64,000 nt of DNA from the NCBI RefSeq assembly GCF_006345805.1, contig NC_042999.1, positions 102,920,001-102,984,000 on the forward strand. Reading direction: 5' to 3'. A program made the translations under genes and the position numbers. How positions within the stretch are numbered: position 1 is the stretch's first letter; each line of letters opens with the position of its first letter. Shown one piece after another: positions 53,008 through 64,000 of the stretch. The DNA comes from Octopus sinensis. Lineage: Eukaryota. The notes under the pieces were generated by a model. That model saw nothing but the letters and a program-made list of their open reading frames with translations, did no database searches and was not told where the DNA came from.

Positions 53008-53012
<5 letters not shown>

Positions 53013-54130
53013 GGATCAGGTTCGGCCTTATTCCTGGCAGGATTTATATGGGTGGCGGGTTACTACCTGTAACTTTAGGCATCTGCAAGTTTTCAGTAGT
53101 CTTCCAAGTGCTTAGAACCTTCCTCTTAATTCTTGCTATCTCCAAGAGATAACCTCCACCTCATTTCAGGCACAGTTTCCCTTGTTAAAACTTTTACAAC
53201 CTGGTCGTACTCCCATTTCTTATATTCTTCGCCTGCCAACTTGGAGTATTCTTCCACATTATATGCTACTGTCTCGTTCCAAGTTCCGCAGGCTCTACAT
53301 TTTTCTAACACATTCTTTCCATATATATTTTTCCTCAAGTTTTTTTTTTATGTCGTTTGATCTTAGGCTGCTACAATTAGGTTCTCTGCTTCTTTTTTGA
53401 ATTGCCTCTTTTTTAACCAACCTCTGGATTTTGTTCTACATAACTCTTCGGTGGCTCTCCAAAATTGGCCATGCAGAAGTTTCTCTTCGAGCTCTTTGAT
53501 GTGCTCTCTACATTTCATTCTTGTTCTTTTAACCTATTACGTGCTTCTTCACCTGTTCTTTATTAACTGTCTTCAGTAGCTATTCTGCTGCTCGGTAAAT
53601 ACTCTTCTAGACTTTTTCTTTCCATCTGAATACTTTCTTCTACTGCTGTCAAACCTCTTACAACCTGGTCTCTCCTCAAGTACACCGGCTGATATCAGCT
53701 TTCGGATGGGGACTCTGTACATCGTTAACGACTTCCTAGTTTTCTGTCATGTTTCTTTATATCGGTTTTGGTCCAGTCTATAATTCCAAATCCATATCTG
53801 ATTAAGGGTACTGCTCTTGAATTTATTGCTTCAATAGGATTTTTGGAATTCAGCTTTGACTGCAATAATCATCTTACTCATCTGTACTCCCTATTCGTAG
53901 GTTGTTTCATTTCTTCATTTTTTAATATCTCTTCTGCTTCCACTATTTTCAAGTATTTGTACCACTGTCCTTTCTCAACCGCTCCTATTGTTTGCCCATT
54001 TGGCGTTTCATTTACCTGGCTTCTTCGTTTAAATTCCTTATTTCATTTTCAATACACCGTACTTTTCTATCCCAAATTCCATACCTATGTCATTTGAGAA
54101 AATGCGGATATGTAGGATACTTTCAAACTG
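53008..54130 (-). mobile_element. Second, older R4/Dong-like fragment with internal deletion
   Basis: LIRYGFGIIDW, PKADIS, and CRACGTWNETV...YKKWEYDQVVK. 3' end abuts (TAA)n; 5' side abuts (GAA)n. Confidence 0.7.
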
Positions 54131-54230
54131 TTTCTTCTTCTTCTTCTTCTTCTTCTTCTTCTTCTTCTTCTTCTTCTTCTTCTTCTTCTTCTTCTTCTTC
54201 TTCTTCTTCTTCTTCTTCTTCTTCTTCTTC

Positions 54231-54262
<32 letters not shown>

Positions 54263-55140
54263 CTTCTTCTCCTCCTCCTCCTCCTCTCCTCCTCCTTCTT
54301 CTACTTCTTTTTATCATCATCATCATCATCATCATTCAACATTTGGTAGTTTCAGGCAAAATCACTGCATCATCTGCTACATTGTGTGCAGCATTTTGTG
54401 TTATGTTTCGTTGATGGTAGCGAACTGCAAACTCTTTCCGGTATTGTATTGTGTCACTCTGTCTTGTTACGGGGTCTAGTTGCAGTCTTTTGTTGTATTA
54501 GTGTTTGTATCGTGTTTTGCGTGTTGTGTGTGTAATGCAAGTTATGTTCTTCTGTTGGATACCTAGACTGTTGGTAGTTGTTTATTTTATTGGATATTTA
54601 CTATATAGAGTGGGTTTTGTGTTTGTGGATTGGTTTTTTTGGGGTGGGGTTGTATTATTGAATTGATAGTGTCGCCGGCGCAGATTGAGTAGATGGGATG
54701 TTTGTATCTGGAAGCTATAATCATTCCGTCTTCATTTCCAGGATCTTATACCCAACAATATATTAGCTGTCCGAAATGTAGTCTTAGGAGTGTTCTTTGT
54801 CAAGATTACAGTTTGGGATTTAAGGAGAAATTTCGCTGCTATTTGTAGCATATTGAACATCTTTGTTCACTTGCATTATAACAACTATTATATTTTTTTT
54901 GTTTTTAGTGTGGGTGGCAGAAACAATAATATGCCGGATAAAATATTCTGCAATCTGTTTGGTTTCCGATTTCAAATTCCTCCGGAACTTACTTCGCTTT
55001 AATCTCTCTGAGGGTCGACGAAGCAAGAAACAGTAGCATATCCTGGTTGATTCAATTCAAATGATACCAGACCCTCATCTTTACTAATTTGTAGTTTGTG
55101 TCAAAATTATCATTATTGTTATCATAATAATAATAATAAC

Positions 55141-55182
<42 letters not shown>

Positions 55183-55961
55183 TGTTATTATTATTATTGC
55201 TATTAACATCATGGACGACATTATTTTTGGTTGGTTTTAACATAAAAGAGCTCACTTCATTGTACCGTATTTCTCAACCTTTTTTCCGTACGAACACCTA
55301 ACAAATAATAAAAGACGACGAAAACAAAAGTATATAAAAGAAATAAATTTGTTAAAAAACAACCTTCACACTATGATCACGATTTCAGCTACCGGTTCCA
55401 TCACCAAGGGGATCCTAACCATTAATTTCCTCTCTCACATTCTTGCTCACACACGAACTCGTAGAAGTGTGTTTGTGTGTGTGTGTCTGCGTGCGTGTAG
55501 GAAAATCAAAACTAGAACTCTGAACTTAGACTTTTGTATAATGTGACCGCTCAATATCAATGTCTGAAAGCTTCACTGATCTAACAAAAATGTGAAGAAT
55601 TTTAATGCAATATTTTAAATACAGTAAAATAAAGAATTTGGTAAATTTTTGTATGCGTGTTTTAGTTTGTTTCAGATTTGCTGTTTGAATTGGTTATTCT
55701 TGTTGTTGTTATTGGTTGTGGTGAGGGTAGTGGCAACGCTGAATGGTGAAATCGCAAGAAACAATTGCGTTGATGACTGCTATAGCGTTTCTCTGTGATA
55801 TTATTGATGTCGCTTTAATTTTAGTTGTGTTGGCGATAATAGGTGATTGCAATGCGGTGTGTTCGTGGTTGTGGCGGATTGGTATTTGTTACACTTTGAA
55901 TAAATGAGATTATTTTGTGAGGTGCATCATTGAGTAAGAATGAGCCAAACACCTAGCAAGT

Positions 55962-56262
55962 GGAGGCACATGGCTTAGTGGTTAGAGCAGCGAACTCGCA
56001 GTCGAGGGATCGCGGGTTCGAATCTCAGACCGGGTGATGTGTGTGTTTATGAGCGAAAACACCTAATCTTCACCCGGCTCCGGCAGAAGGTAATGGCGAA
56101 CTTCTGCTGACTCTTTCGCCACAACTTTCTCTCACTCTTTCCTCCTGCATCTTGCAGCACACCTGCGACATATCGGCGTCCCGTCCAGGTGGGGAACCTA
56201 TACGCCAAGGAAACCGGGAAGCCGGCCCTTATGAGCCAGGCATGGCTCGAGAAGGAACGAAA
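55962..56262 (+). mobile_element. tRNA-derived SINE family C, full length
   Basis: A box TGGCTTAGTGG, B box GGTTCGAATC. 3' region CCTGCGA...GGCGTCCCGTCCAGG...GAAACCGG resembles the Meta/V-type SINE core as recalled. Confidence 0.85.
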
Positions 56263-56843
56263 CTCCTAGCAAGCAGAAATCACAACACGGTTTCAGTCCC
56301 AAAGATAAAGCATTTTCTTCCTAATCGTTGCTTCTTATATAATTAATCTTTGAAACCATTCCTTCCTAAAATATGGAGTCCAGTCATCTCGCAACGAGCA
56401 TCACTGGCGTAGGCACGCATTCACGAGTGCACACTTGTGTACACGTTAGTCTGCATACGTGAATCTGTATCTCGAAGTCCATACAACTATTGTGTCTATT
56501 TTCCCACAACTTATACATTACTGTTCTGATGTTAAACATTTACATGGCTGCTTGGCTATCAACTAATTATATGTATAACTGATGAGGTTTTGATAATAAG
56601 TGGACTATTAATAATTCCGGTATTAATTGTGTATTATTGGTTGTCGTATGGGTAGTGGCAACGATTGTGTTAATGGAAATAATAGTTTGTCATAGGTTAA
56701 GTAGTGTTAGTTGTGCCGGAAATTAAAAAAATAAAAGAAAGCAAGGCATAATTAGATGAATGTGGAAAGGCGAGTTTTGTGAGAAGAAAAGAAAGGAGGC
56801 GCTGAGACTACAGTGCTTGGCATTTTACACACAGTCGCACGCA

Positions 56844-56888
<45 letters not shown>

Positions 56889-57289
56889 ACACACACAAAC
56901 ATACACGCACACATACTCGCACGAGTAAATTTTGTTTGTTTGCTTATTTGTATTGAATTTATTTCCTTCATATTTTGAAGAAAAAAATCATATTGTATGT
57001 CATACGACCATTAGAACTTTATATGCTGAGATAAAGGACTGGGTTGATTTTGACTGGATTTAAAGGCAGATCGTGAATACACTTTTAATAATTCTATGCA
57101 GCATGCTAAAGTTCAATTTATGGGAGACAGATGGGACAGACGATTATATTAAACTCCCAGTAGTTGACTGGTCTTTATTATATCGGTTCTGAAAGGTTGA
57201 AAGTCAATGTTAAATGTTAACTCCAACGTGTATTGAACTCAATTTAAAGGGATGTAATTAAACATTGCAAACCACTTTTTCTGACAATC

Positions 57290-57426
57290 TGTACAGATTC
57301 AGGATACCTTCAGAATGGCACGCCTAACGGAAAAATTGTCTTGAAATTTTTTTTTGTAGTGTGGCCCGCCTAATAATATGCCGATCTCGTGCGGCCCACT
57401 TATCGGAAAAGATTGCTCATGCTTGG
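57290..57426 (+). mobile_element. Possible hAT-type MITE 3' end
   Basis: GTGGCCCGC...GCGGCCCAC...AAAAGATTGCTCATGCTTG resembles Charlie/hAT subterminal motifs. Confidence 0.35.
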
Positions 57427-58127
57427 TCTGTGCTGTCTGATCGTGCTTCTTCTCTAAGGTGACAGGTTGTTGAATTACAAATAAAAAATAAATACAATAT
57501 ACAATATAAATATATACAGAGAAAAAAAACGTTAAAGGCGGTAAAAAGCACAAAAGAGAGCAACAATAAAGAATAATCGCAAAAAAGAAATATAAACAAT
57601 AGTTCTAAACAGTAAACAAACAATACGGCTACTTGATGTGTGTTTTATGAATTACCTTGTGAGTATTTGAAAATTTGTGTATGTGTATATGTGTCTTTTA
57701 TGTATGTGTATGTTTGAGTATTGTATGCGATTTTTTTAATTCCGCAAACATTCATTTGAAGGTGTTTGTGTGTTCTCCATTTTATAATATTTACATCTTT
57801 TCGAGAACAATTGTGTATGCGCGGAAGCGTAATTTTGTGAATAACTGTGTATTTGTTTATCTATACATAAATATGTTAGTATGTATTTGAGAACAAGTCT
57901 GTATGCGCTTATATATACATTTATATGTAAATAATTTTTAAGCGCTTTTTGAAAAAAACTTAGAGTGTTTATGTATGTGGTTATGAGGAATAAGATTTTG
58001 AGAATAACTCTGTGTCTGTATATGCGTATGAATGTAAAAATAGGTCTGGAAATAAATATGTGTTAATATGTATGTGTGTGGCTATGTCTTGAGACTAATT
58101 GTGTGTGCATGTCTGTGTAAGGAAAAT

Positions 58128-58193
<66 letters not shown>

Positions 58194-58285
58194 GAAAGAG
58201 AGAGCGTGTGTATGTGTCTGTAAGTGCTTCCATTTGTGTATATTATTTTCCCATTCTATAATAGTTGAGGCTAAATGTAGTTGAA

Positions 58286-58593
58286 CTGCATGACATCGTG
58301 AAGTATATTTTCCACTTAAATGTAGCTAACCCCTAAGGGTGGATGCTACTGAGGCTTGTAGCCCCTGGAGGACACCTCCTCCAGCTGACTATTGACACAC
58401 TTTCTGTGCCCTTTCAGTATTTGCAAAGGGAAGCCATTATTCCCGTCTTCAAACTATGATACTGATAGGGCACAGAAAGTGTGTCAATAGCCAGCTGGAG
58501 GAGGTGTCCTCCTGGGGCTACAAGCTATAGTAGCATCCACCCTTAGGGGTTAGCCACATTTAAGTGGCAAATATACTTCACGATGTCGTGCAG
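58286..58593. mobile_element. Foldback element with ~135-bp arms and ~38-bp loop
   Basis: 58286-58420 vs 58459-58593 are reverse complements with about 9 mismatches. Confidence 0.9.
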
Positions 58594-59149
58594 CTACTGT
58601 TTATACCTCACTCAGAGATTTATTATTGCTTACATATATATATAGGTCGACCACAGTACGCAGCTGGTACTTAATTTATCGACTTCGAAAGGATGAAAGG
58701 CAAAGTCGACCTCGACGGAAAATATCAAATATTAAAAATAGATTGAAATAGAAATATAACAATGAAATAAAGCAAACGGTAAAATGCAATAAACTTAACC
58801 AAAAGACAATAAAAAAACGTATGCAATAAATAAACAGCACGAGCATGTCCATCCATATAAATATGTACGTATGTGTGCATGTATGCACGCGTGCGTGCTT
58901 GTGTGTTTGTGTAATATACGAATGTATTGACATGTGTATATTAGTGTATGTGGTAGAAGAATACTCCTACATGAGAACTAACCTGTGCTCCTGGTAGTTT
59001 CTAACCGTCTTATTACTTCTATACTTGTCACTAGTTTAACCACTTCATACAGATCTATTTCCCCTGTTATACAATGTTTCATCCTAGAGAAGAACATACT
59101 GCATACGCCAACATATAGCAAATAATTGCATGAAGTATTGTGTGACGGT

Positions 59150-59800
59150 CTGTGGGCAAGGTGGATTCAGTCAGGCGGCGCAGCTGAGGTTAATCCTTTC
59201 TTGTTGATGGTGTAGATCCCGACACAGTCTTTTCTAAACTTTATATAAGGCTATCTGTTTTGTGGAAATGTGAGAAATTTGTATAAGTATAGGTTAAAAA
59301 GTTTGGGCGAGAAGATGACTCTTGTAGTACTACGTTCGAGAAACTAGGTTCTGAAAGTTTTGCTTTTGTACACTACATGGACTTATTGGTTTGAAAACTG
59401 TGCTAGCAAGTATTTCGATTGTTTCTGAACGTGGTGTAGAAGCTTTTGTATGATTGGATAACTGAGAGTAGTCGAAAGCTTTGTGGGTAGGAGGTAAAAT
59501 GTTACATGTTGGAAATATTTTGAAGCCCCTATGTATTTTATGTATTAGGTTTTTGAGTAGTGTAGCGGTTTGAACCTGCGTTATGGTTTGGATCGGGAGA
59601 TTTGTGGGTTAGTTATATCAAGTAATCATGTAGACGTAATCATGTAATCATGTAGAAGGTTTGTGTGTGCACGTGTAAGAAGATAATGTGTTTTTGTTCG
59701 GCTTCAGAATAATAATTTCGCACAACATCAGGAATTTGAGAATTTGACATGGTACGATTAGTTACTGCTATAAGTGAGTGCAGTTATTACTCCAGGATGT
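59150..59800 (-). pseudogene. Highly decayed non-LTR reverse transcriptase (Jockey/I-like)
   Basis: KAFD and (G)VLQ-/VIFSPKLFNLYL motifs are recoverable across frameshifts. Confidence 0.5.
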
Positions 59801-61179
59801 ATGTTTTTAGGGGTTTATTTCTGACTTTGACTAGTCCTGAAACTTCTAAGTGTTGGAATATTGTATTGTTTTTTGTATGCCTGAGGAAATTAGAGTTCAA
59901 TTTCGTAGTCTAGACTGGAGGCTCGTATTTCTTGTTTTGTGTTCTTGCCCTATGTATGGTTTTAGTAGCTTATTTTTGAGAAATATCTGATATGAGAGAT
60001 TGATATGGTAACATGGCATGTTACTTGTCCAATATTGCTATTGCTGTTTATGCTGATAACTGACCAATATAGTCCGTTTTTAAAAAAACGACCATTACAA
60101 CAAAACTTCCCATTATCAAATATATAGTTCGTGTGCTTAATTGGTAAAAAAATGACCGTCGTCCACTAGTATAACAATATCTGTTTCAACGCACGAATTC
60201 ATATCAAGAATCTTGCCATAAAAATCCATAGCCTAGTGCTTTACGGATAGTTTTGTGGGTTACGTTAGATATAAGCGTTTGCGCAGTTTTCTGTCATACT
60301 ACAGTCCATGCTAATTTTTTATTTCCTCGTTTAGTGTTGTATATTATGTTTTTTTCAGTCATGCGTAGTTTAAGGGAGATTCGGTTGCTATTTCTAGTAG
60401 AACAAGCAACCACTTAGAAGCTCTTTTTTATTGGCTCAATTTACTTGTGACTATATTTATTGATGAGTAATTTATTGGAAATAAATCAGATGTCTAGGTT
60501 ACTTGTTTTGTTGCAACAACTCTATTCATGATACATACGTATACACACATACACACACACATACACATGTATGTATGTATGTATGTATGTATGTATGTAT
60601 GTATGTATGTATGTATGTATGTATGTATGTATGTGTGTGTGTGTGAGTGTGGTGCGTACATGTGTATGTATCTGTGTTTGTACGTATTGTGTACGTGTGT
60701 GTGAGGATATACGCATGCTTATACTTCCGTGTGTTATGACAACGCGTATGGTCATTGACTGTGCGTATTCAATTTATTCTGCTTACTTTGTTTTTCTGTT
60801 GGATCGTCTTTTTTTGTGTGTTCTTGCATTTGCGTATTTATTTAAGTGGTAGTGGTGGGTCTCTATCGTTTGACGAGGCGGATTAAGCTGTTCTATCAAG
60901 TGGATTACCTGCTCCTGGATCAACATGTGAGTAACTTAGTATTTAACAGACTCACCACGCGTCCTTAATCTCATTATAAGGTGGAATCAAAGAGCACAGT
61001 GTATGACAAAGTTCAAACTTTGAATGGCATATACATTTTTATAATTTTTATAATTTTTATAATTTCTGTCTACACAATTTCAGTCTCAAAGTATAGGTGG
61101 ACCCGAGTCGATAGAATGTGATATTTGCGAAGCGAACTTATCTAATTGTCCATTTGTCCATATTCCACCAGTTATCTTG

Positions 61180-61862
61180 AAATACTAAAGAGTAAATTTA
61201 TTCGAGAAAATCGCCATTGCCTTCAATAATGGCATCCAGACAACTTCAGAATCTCCCGCTACTCTTCTGGACGGTCTTCTTGATTACGTTATTGAACGGT
61301 ACCAAGATCTTTGCCTTCAGTTCATCCTTGGTGTTGCAAGGAGTTTTGTTGGTCTCTCACTCAATTGTGTCTCACATATAATAATCAAGGGGGTTGCAGT
61401 CTGGTTAGGTGGCCAGATGTTATGGGTGTTGTGGTCACAAAAATTGTCTGATAGCAATGCCTGAGTTCCCCTGCTCGTGAGGCATTGTGCGAAGTCCTGC
61501 TACCAGAATAGGGTTTTCCTGCAGCCACGCTCTTCACTCAGGGCAGCAATAGCTCCACCAAGCATTTGATGTAGGCCGTCGTGTTGAGTCTGCCGCGTTG
61601 TGGAAAGATGAGTGGAGGCATAACGTCGACATCAGTAGTGATCACTTCAGACACCATGATGTTGACTGGATGTTTGATTTTTTTTATCATTCTCGGAAAA
61701 TATTTTAGGGACACGGCAAACCAACGTTTGTTCTGTGTGTTCAGCATCTGTTCGCATTGGAATTCCGTCGCAAATGCCAAGCAGGAGGACATGCTGTTTC
61801 CAAATTTCTAGGAGCGTGAATTTCGTCATGGTGTTGTTTTTATCACAGAGGGTTTCCAACTG
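61180..61862 (-). mobile_element. maT/DD37D-like fossil with internal deletion (family of 27861-28962)
   Basis: IKHPVNIMVSEVITTDVDVMPPLIFP, directly homologous to 28390-28480. Confidence 0.8.
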
Positions 61863-61971
61863 ACCCTAGTATACTGTGTATTAGACAATATAAAAATCAA
61901 ACAATGTGCATGAACGTAATTAAAAGTATAAGATGATAATTTACCAATAGCAACCTCTATCTATCTATCTC

Positions 61972-62098
<127 letters not shown>

Positions 62099-62297
62099 CT
62101 ATATATATCCAATATATGATAAAATCTTCGAAAAATTTTTATCAATGGCCAGCATATTAAAAAAATACCTTTGAAGGTTAAATTTATAAACAACTTATAA
62201 GGAAGGACAAAAGAAAAAATTTAACTGTGCCCCACATATAATAATCATTGAAATTTTTTCTTTTTCCCTGTTTATAAGTTGTATATATATATATATA

Positions 62298-62345
<48 letters not shown>

Positions 62346-62418
62346 TATATATACAACTAGTAGGAATATACGGAAATATATGAACGTATATGTATATATA
62401 TATATATATATGTATATG

Positions 62419-62467
<49 letters not shown>

Positions 62468-62599
62468 TATATGTATATGTATATATATGTATAGAAATGT
62501 ATGGGTGTTAGTAGGAATATACGCATGTATGTGAGTGCGTGTATTTACGTGCGTGTATATGTATGTGTATGTATATGTGTATGTGTATGTGTGTGGATA

Positions 62600-62662
<63 letters not shown>

Positions 62663-62941
62663 CAACAATTGAGGGTAAAATTAATTAATTATTAATCAAT
62701 TTCACCAAGTATTCAGTATGTAAAGGGACCATTATAGGCGAATCAAAATATTACATTATATATAAGGGCTTAGTAAAATAAATACTTTGCCACATACTGA
62801 ACTCATTAGAAATAGCAGCTAAAGAAATTTCTTCAGCATATCTAATACTTAAAGAAGATCTCTCTCAGATAGTGTTTGCCTAAACCAACTCACAAAAGTA
62901 TGGGGGAAAAAAACATTAAAAAATCAAGTGCAAATGTTATT

Positions 62942-62993
62942 TGAGAACGTACGTTTCTAGATTAGTCAATTCGACATTTCTTTCTTCAGCTCA
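62942..62993 (-). ncRNA. Type I hammerhead ribozyme, monomer 1 of the 554-bp array
   Basis: TGAG-CTGAAGA-a-AGAaatGTC(gaatt)GACtaaTCT-a-GAAAC-GTAC-GTT-CTCA. Confidence 0.68.
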
Positions 62994-63493
62994 GAATTCC
63001 TTGAATCGGATTTGGGAACACTGAAAGTCGGGAGCATACCCTTTCGGCTTCTAATCACCTCTAGAATTCTGCTCGAACTAAAAGTGCTATCAAATTCGAA
63101 TATGCAAGCGAAGAATTTCTGCTCTCCCCTTTCCACCAGCGTGGTTAAAATTGACAAACACCATGTATTAACGGTGAAAACCTCAGCATTTAGCAGAGAG
63201 AGATGAATTATAATTTCAACAATTGAGGGTAAAATTAATTAATTATTAATCAATTTCACCAAGTATTCAGTATGTAAAGGGACCATTATAGGCGAATTCA
63301 AAATATACATTATATAAAGGGCTTAGTAAAATAAATTACTTTGCCACATACTGAACTCATTAGAAATAGCAGCTAAAGAAATTTCTTCAGCTATTTCTAA
63401 TACTTAAAGAAGATCTCTCTCAGATAGTGTTTGCCTAAACCAACTCACACAAGTATGGGGGAAAAAACATTAAAAAATCAAGTGCAAAGGTTA

Positions 63494-63549
63494 TTTGAGA
63501 ACGTACGTTTCTAGATTAGTCAATTCGTCATTTCTTTCTTCAGCTCAAA
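63494..63549 (-). ncRNA. Type I hammerhead ribozyme, monomer 2 of the 554-bp array
   Basis: TTTGAG-CTGAAGA...GAAAC-GTAC-GTT-CTCAAA; 6-bp stem I. Confidence 0.68.
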
Positions 63550-64000
63550 ATTTCTTGAATCGGATTTGGGAACACTGAAAGTCGGGAGCATACCCTTCGG
63601 CTTCTAATCACCTCTAGAATTCTGCTCGAACTAAAAGTGCTATCAAATTCGAATATGCAAGCGAAGAATTTCTGCTCTCCCCTTTCCACCAGCGTGGGTT
63701 AAAATTGACAAACACCATGTATTAACGGTGAAAACCTCATTCATTTAGCAGAGAGAGATGAATTATATTTCAACAATTGAGGGTAAAATTAATTAATTAT
63801 TAATCAATTCACCAAGTATTCAGTATGTAAAGGGACCATTATAGGCGAATTCAAAATATTACATTATATATAAGGGTTAGTAAAATAAATTACTTTGCCA
63901 CATACTGAACTCATTAGAAATAGCAGCTAAAGAAATTTCTTCAGCTATATCTAATACTTAAAGAAGATCTCTCTCAGAGTGTTTGCCTAAACCAACTCAC

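Larger units (their letters stand above)
62661..64000. repeat. 554-bp tandem array (>=2.4 copies, runs off the window); retrozyme/pLTR-like, related to the 596-bp array
   Basis: TTCAACAATTGAGGG at 62661, 63215 and 63769; only scattered small indels/substitutions between copies. Confidence 0.95.

Noticed and set aside
54400-55045. Possible APE endonuclease remnant (ICAGD) and a degenerate CTGAGGG...GAAAC motif
   Set aside because: Each rests on one short, decayed motif.
55962-56035. tRNA gene call
   Set aside because: No acceptor stem or terminator; it continues into a SINE body and has a second copy at 27521-27793.

Overview
AT-rich eukaryotic DNA saturated with microsatellites and transposon debris. 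The SINE and repeat complement looks like Octopus or another coleoid cephalopod (inference from recognised repeat families, not searched). There is one 100-N scaffold gap (29243-29342). No intact host gene is recognisable. Nearly all ORFs in the supplied track are microsatellite translations or decayed TE fragments; only a few low-confidence candidate spliced exons remain. TE content: three tRNA-derived SINE families, mariner, maT and Tc1-like fossils, a Sola-like transposase fossil, non-autonomous Helitrons, several MITE/foldback elements, CR1-like, RTE, R4/Dong and other LINE fragments, and Penelope-like element (PLE) remnants. The most interesting signal is a set of type I hammerhead ribozyme (HHR) motifs (CUGANGA...GAAAC, minimal or palindromic helix III) in five repeat contexts. 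Two of these are non-coding tandem arrays (596-bp and 554-bp monomers, one HHR per monomer) with the architecture of non-LTR retrozymes or PLE pseudo-LTR multimers. These predict self-cleaved monomeric, possibly circular, RNAs.
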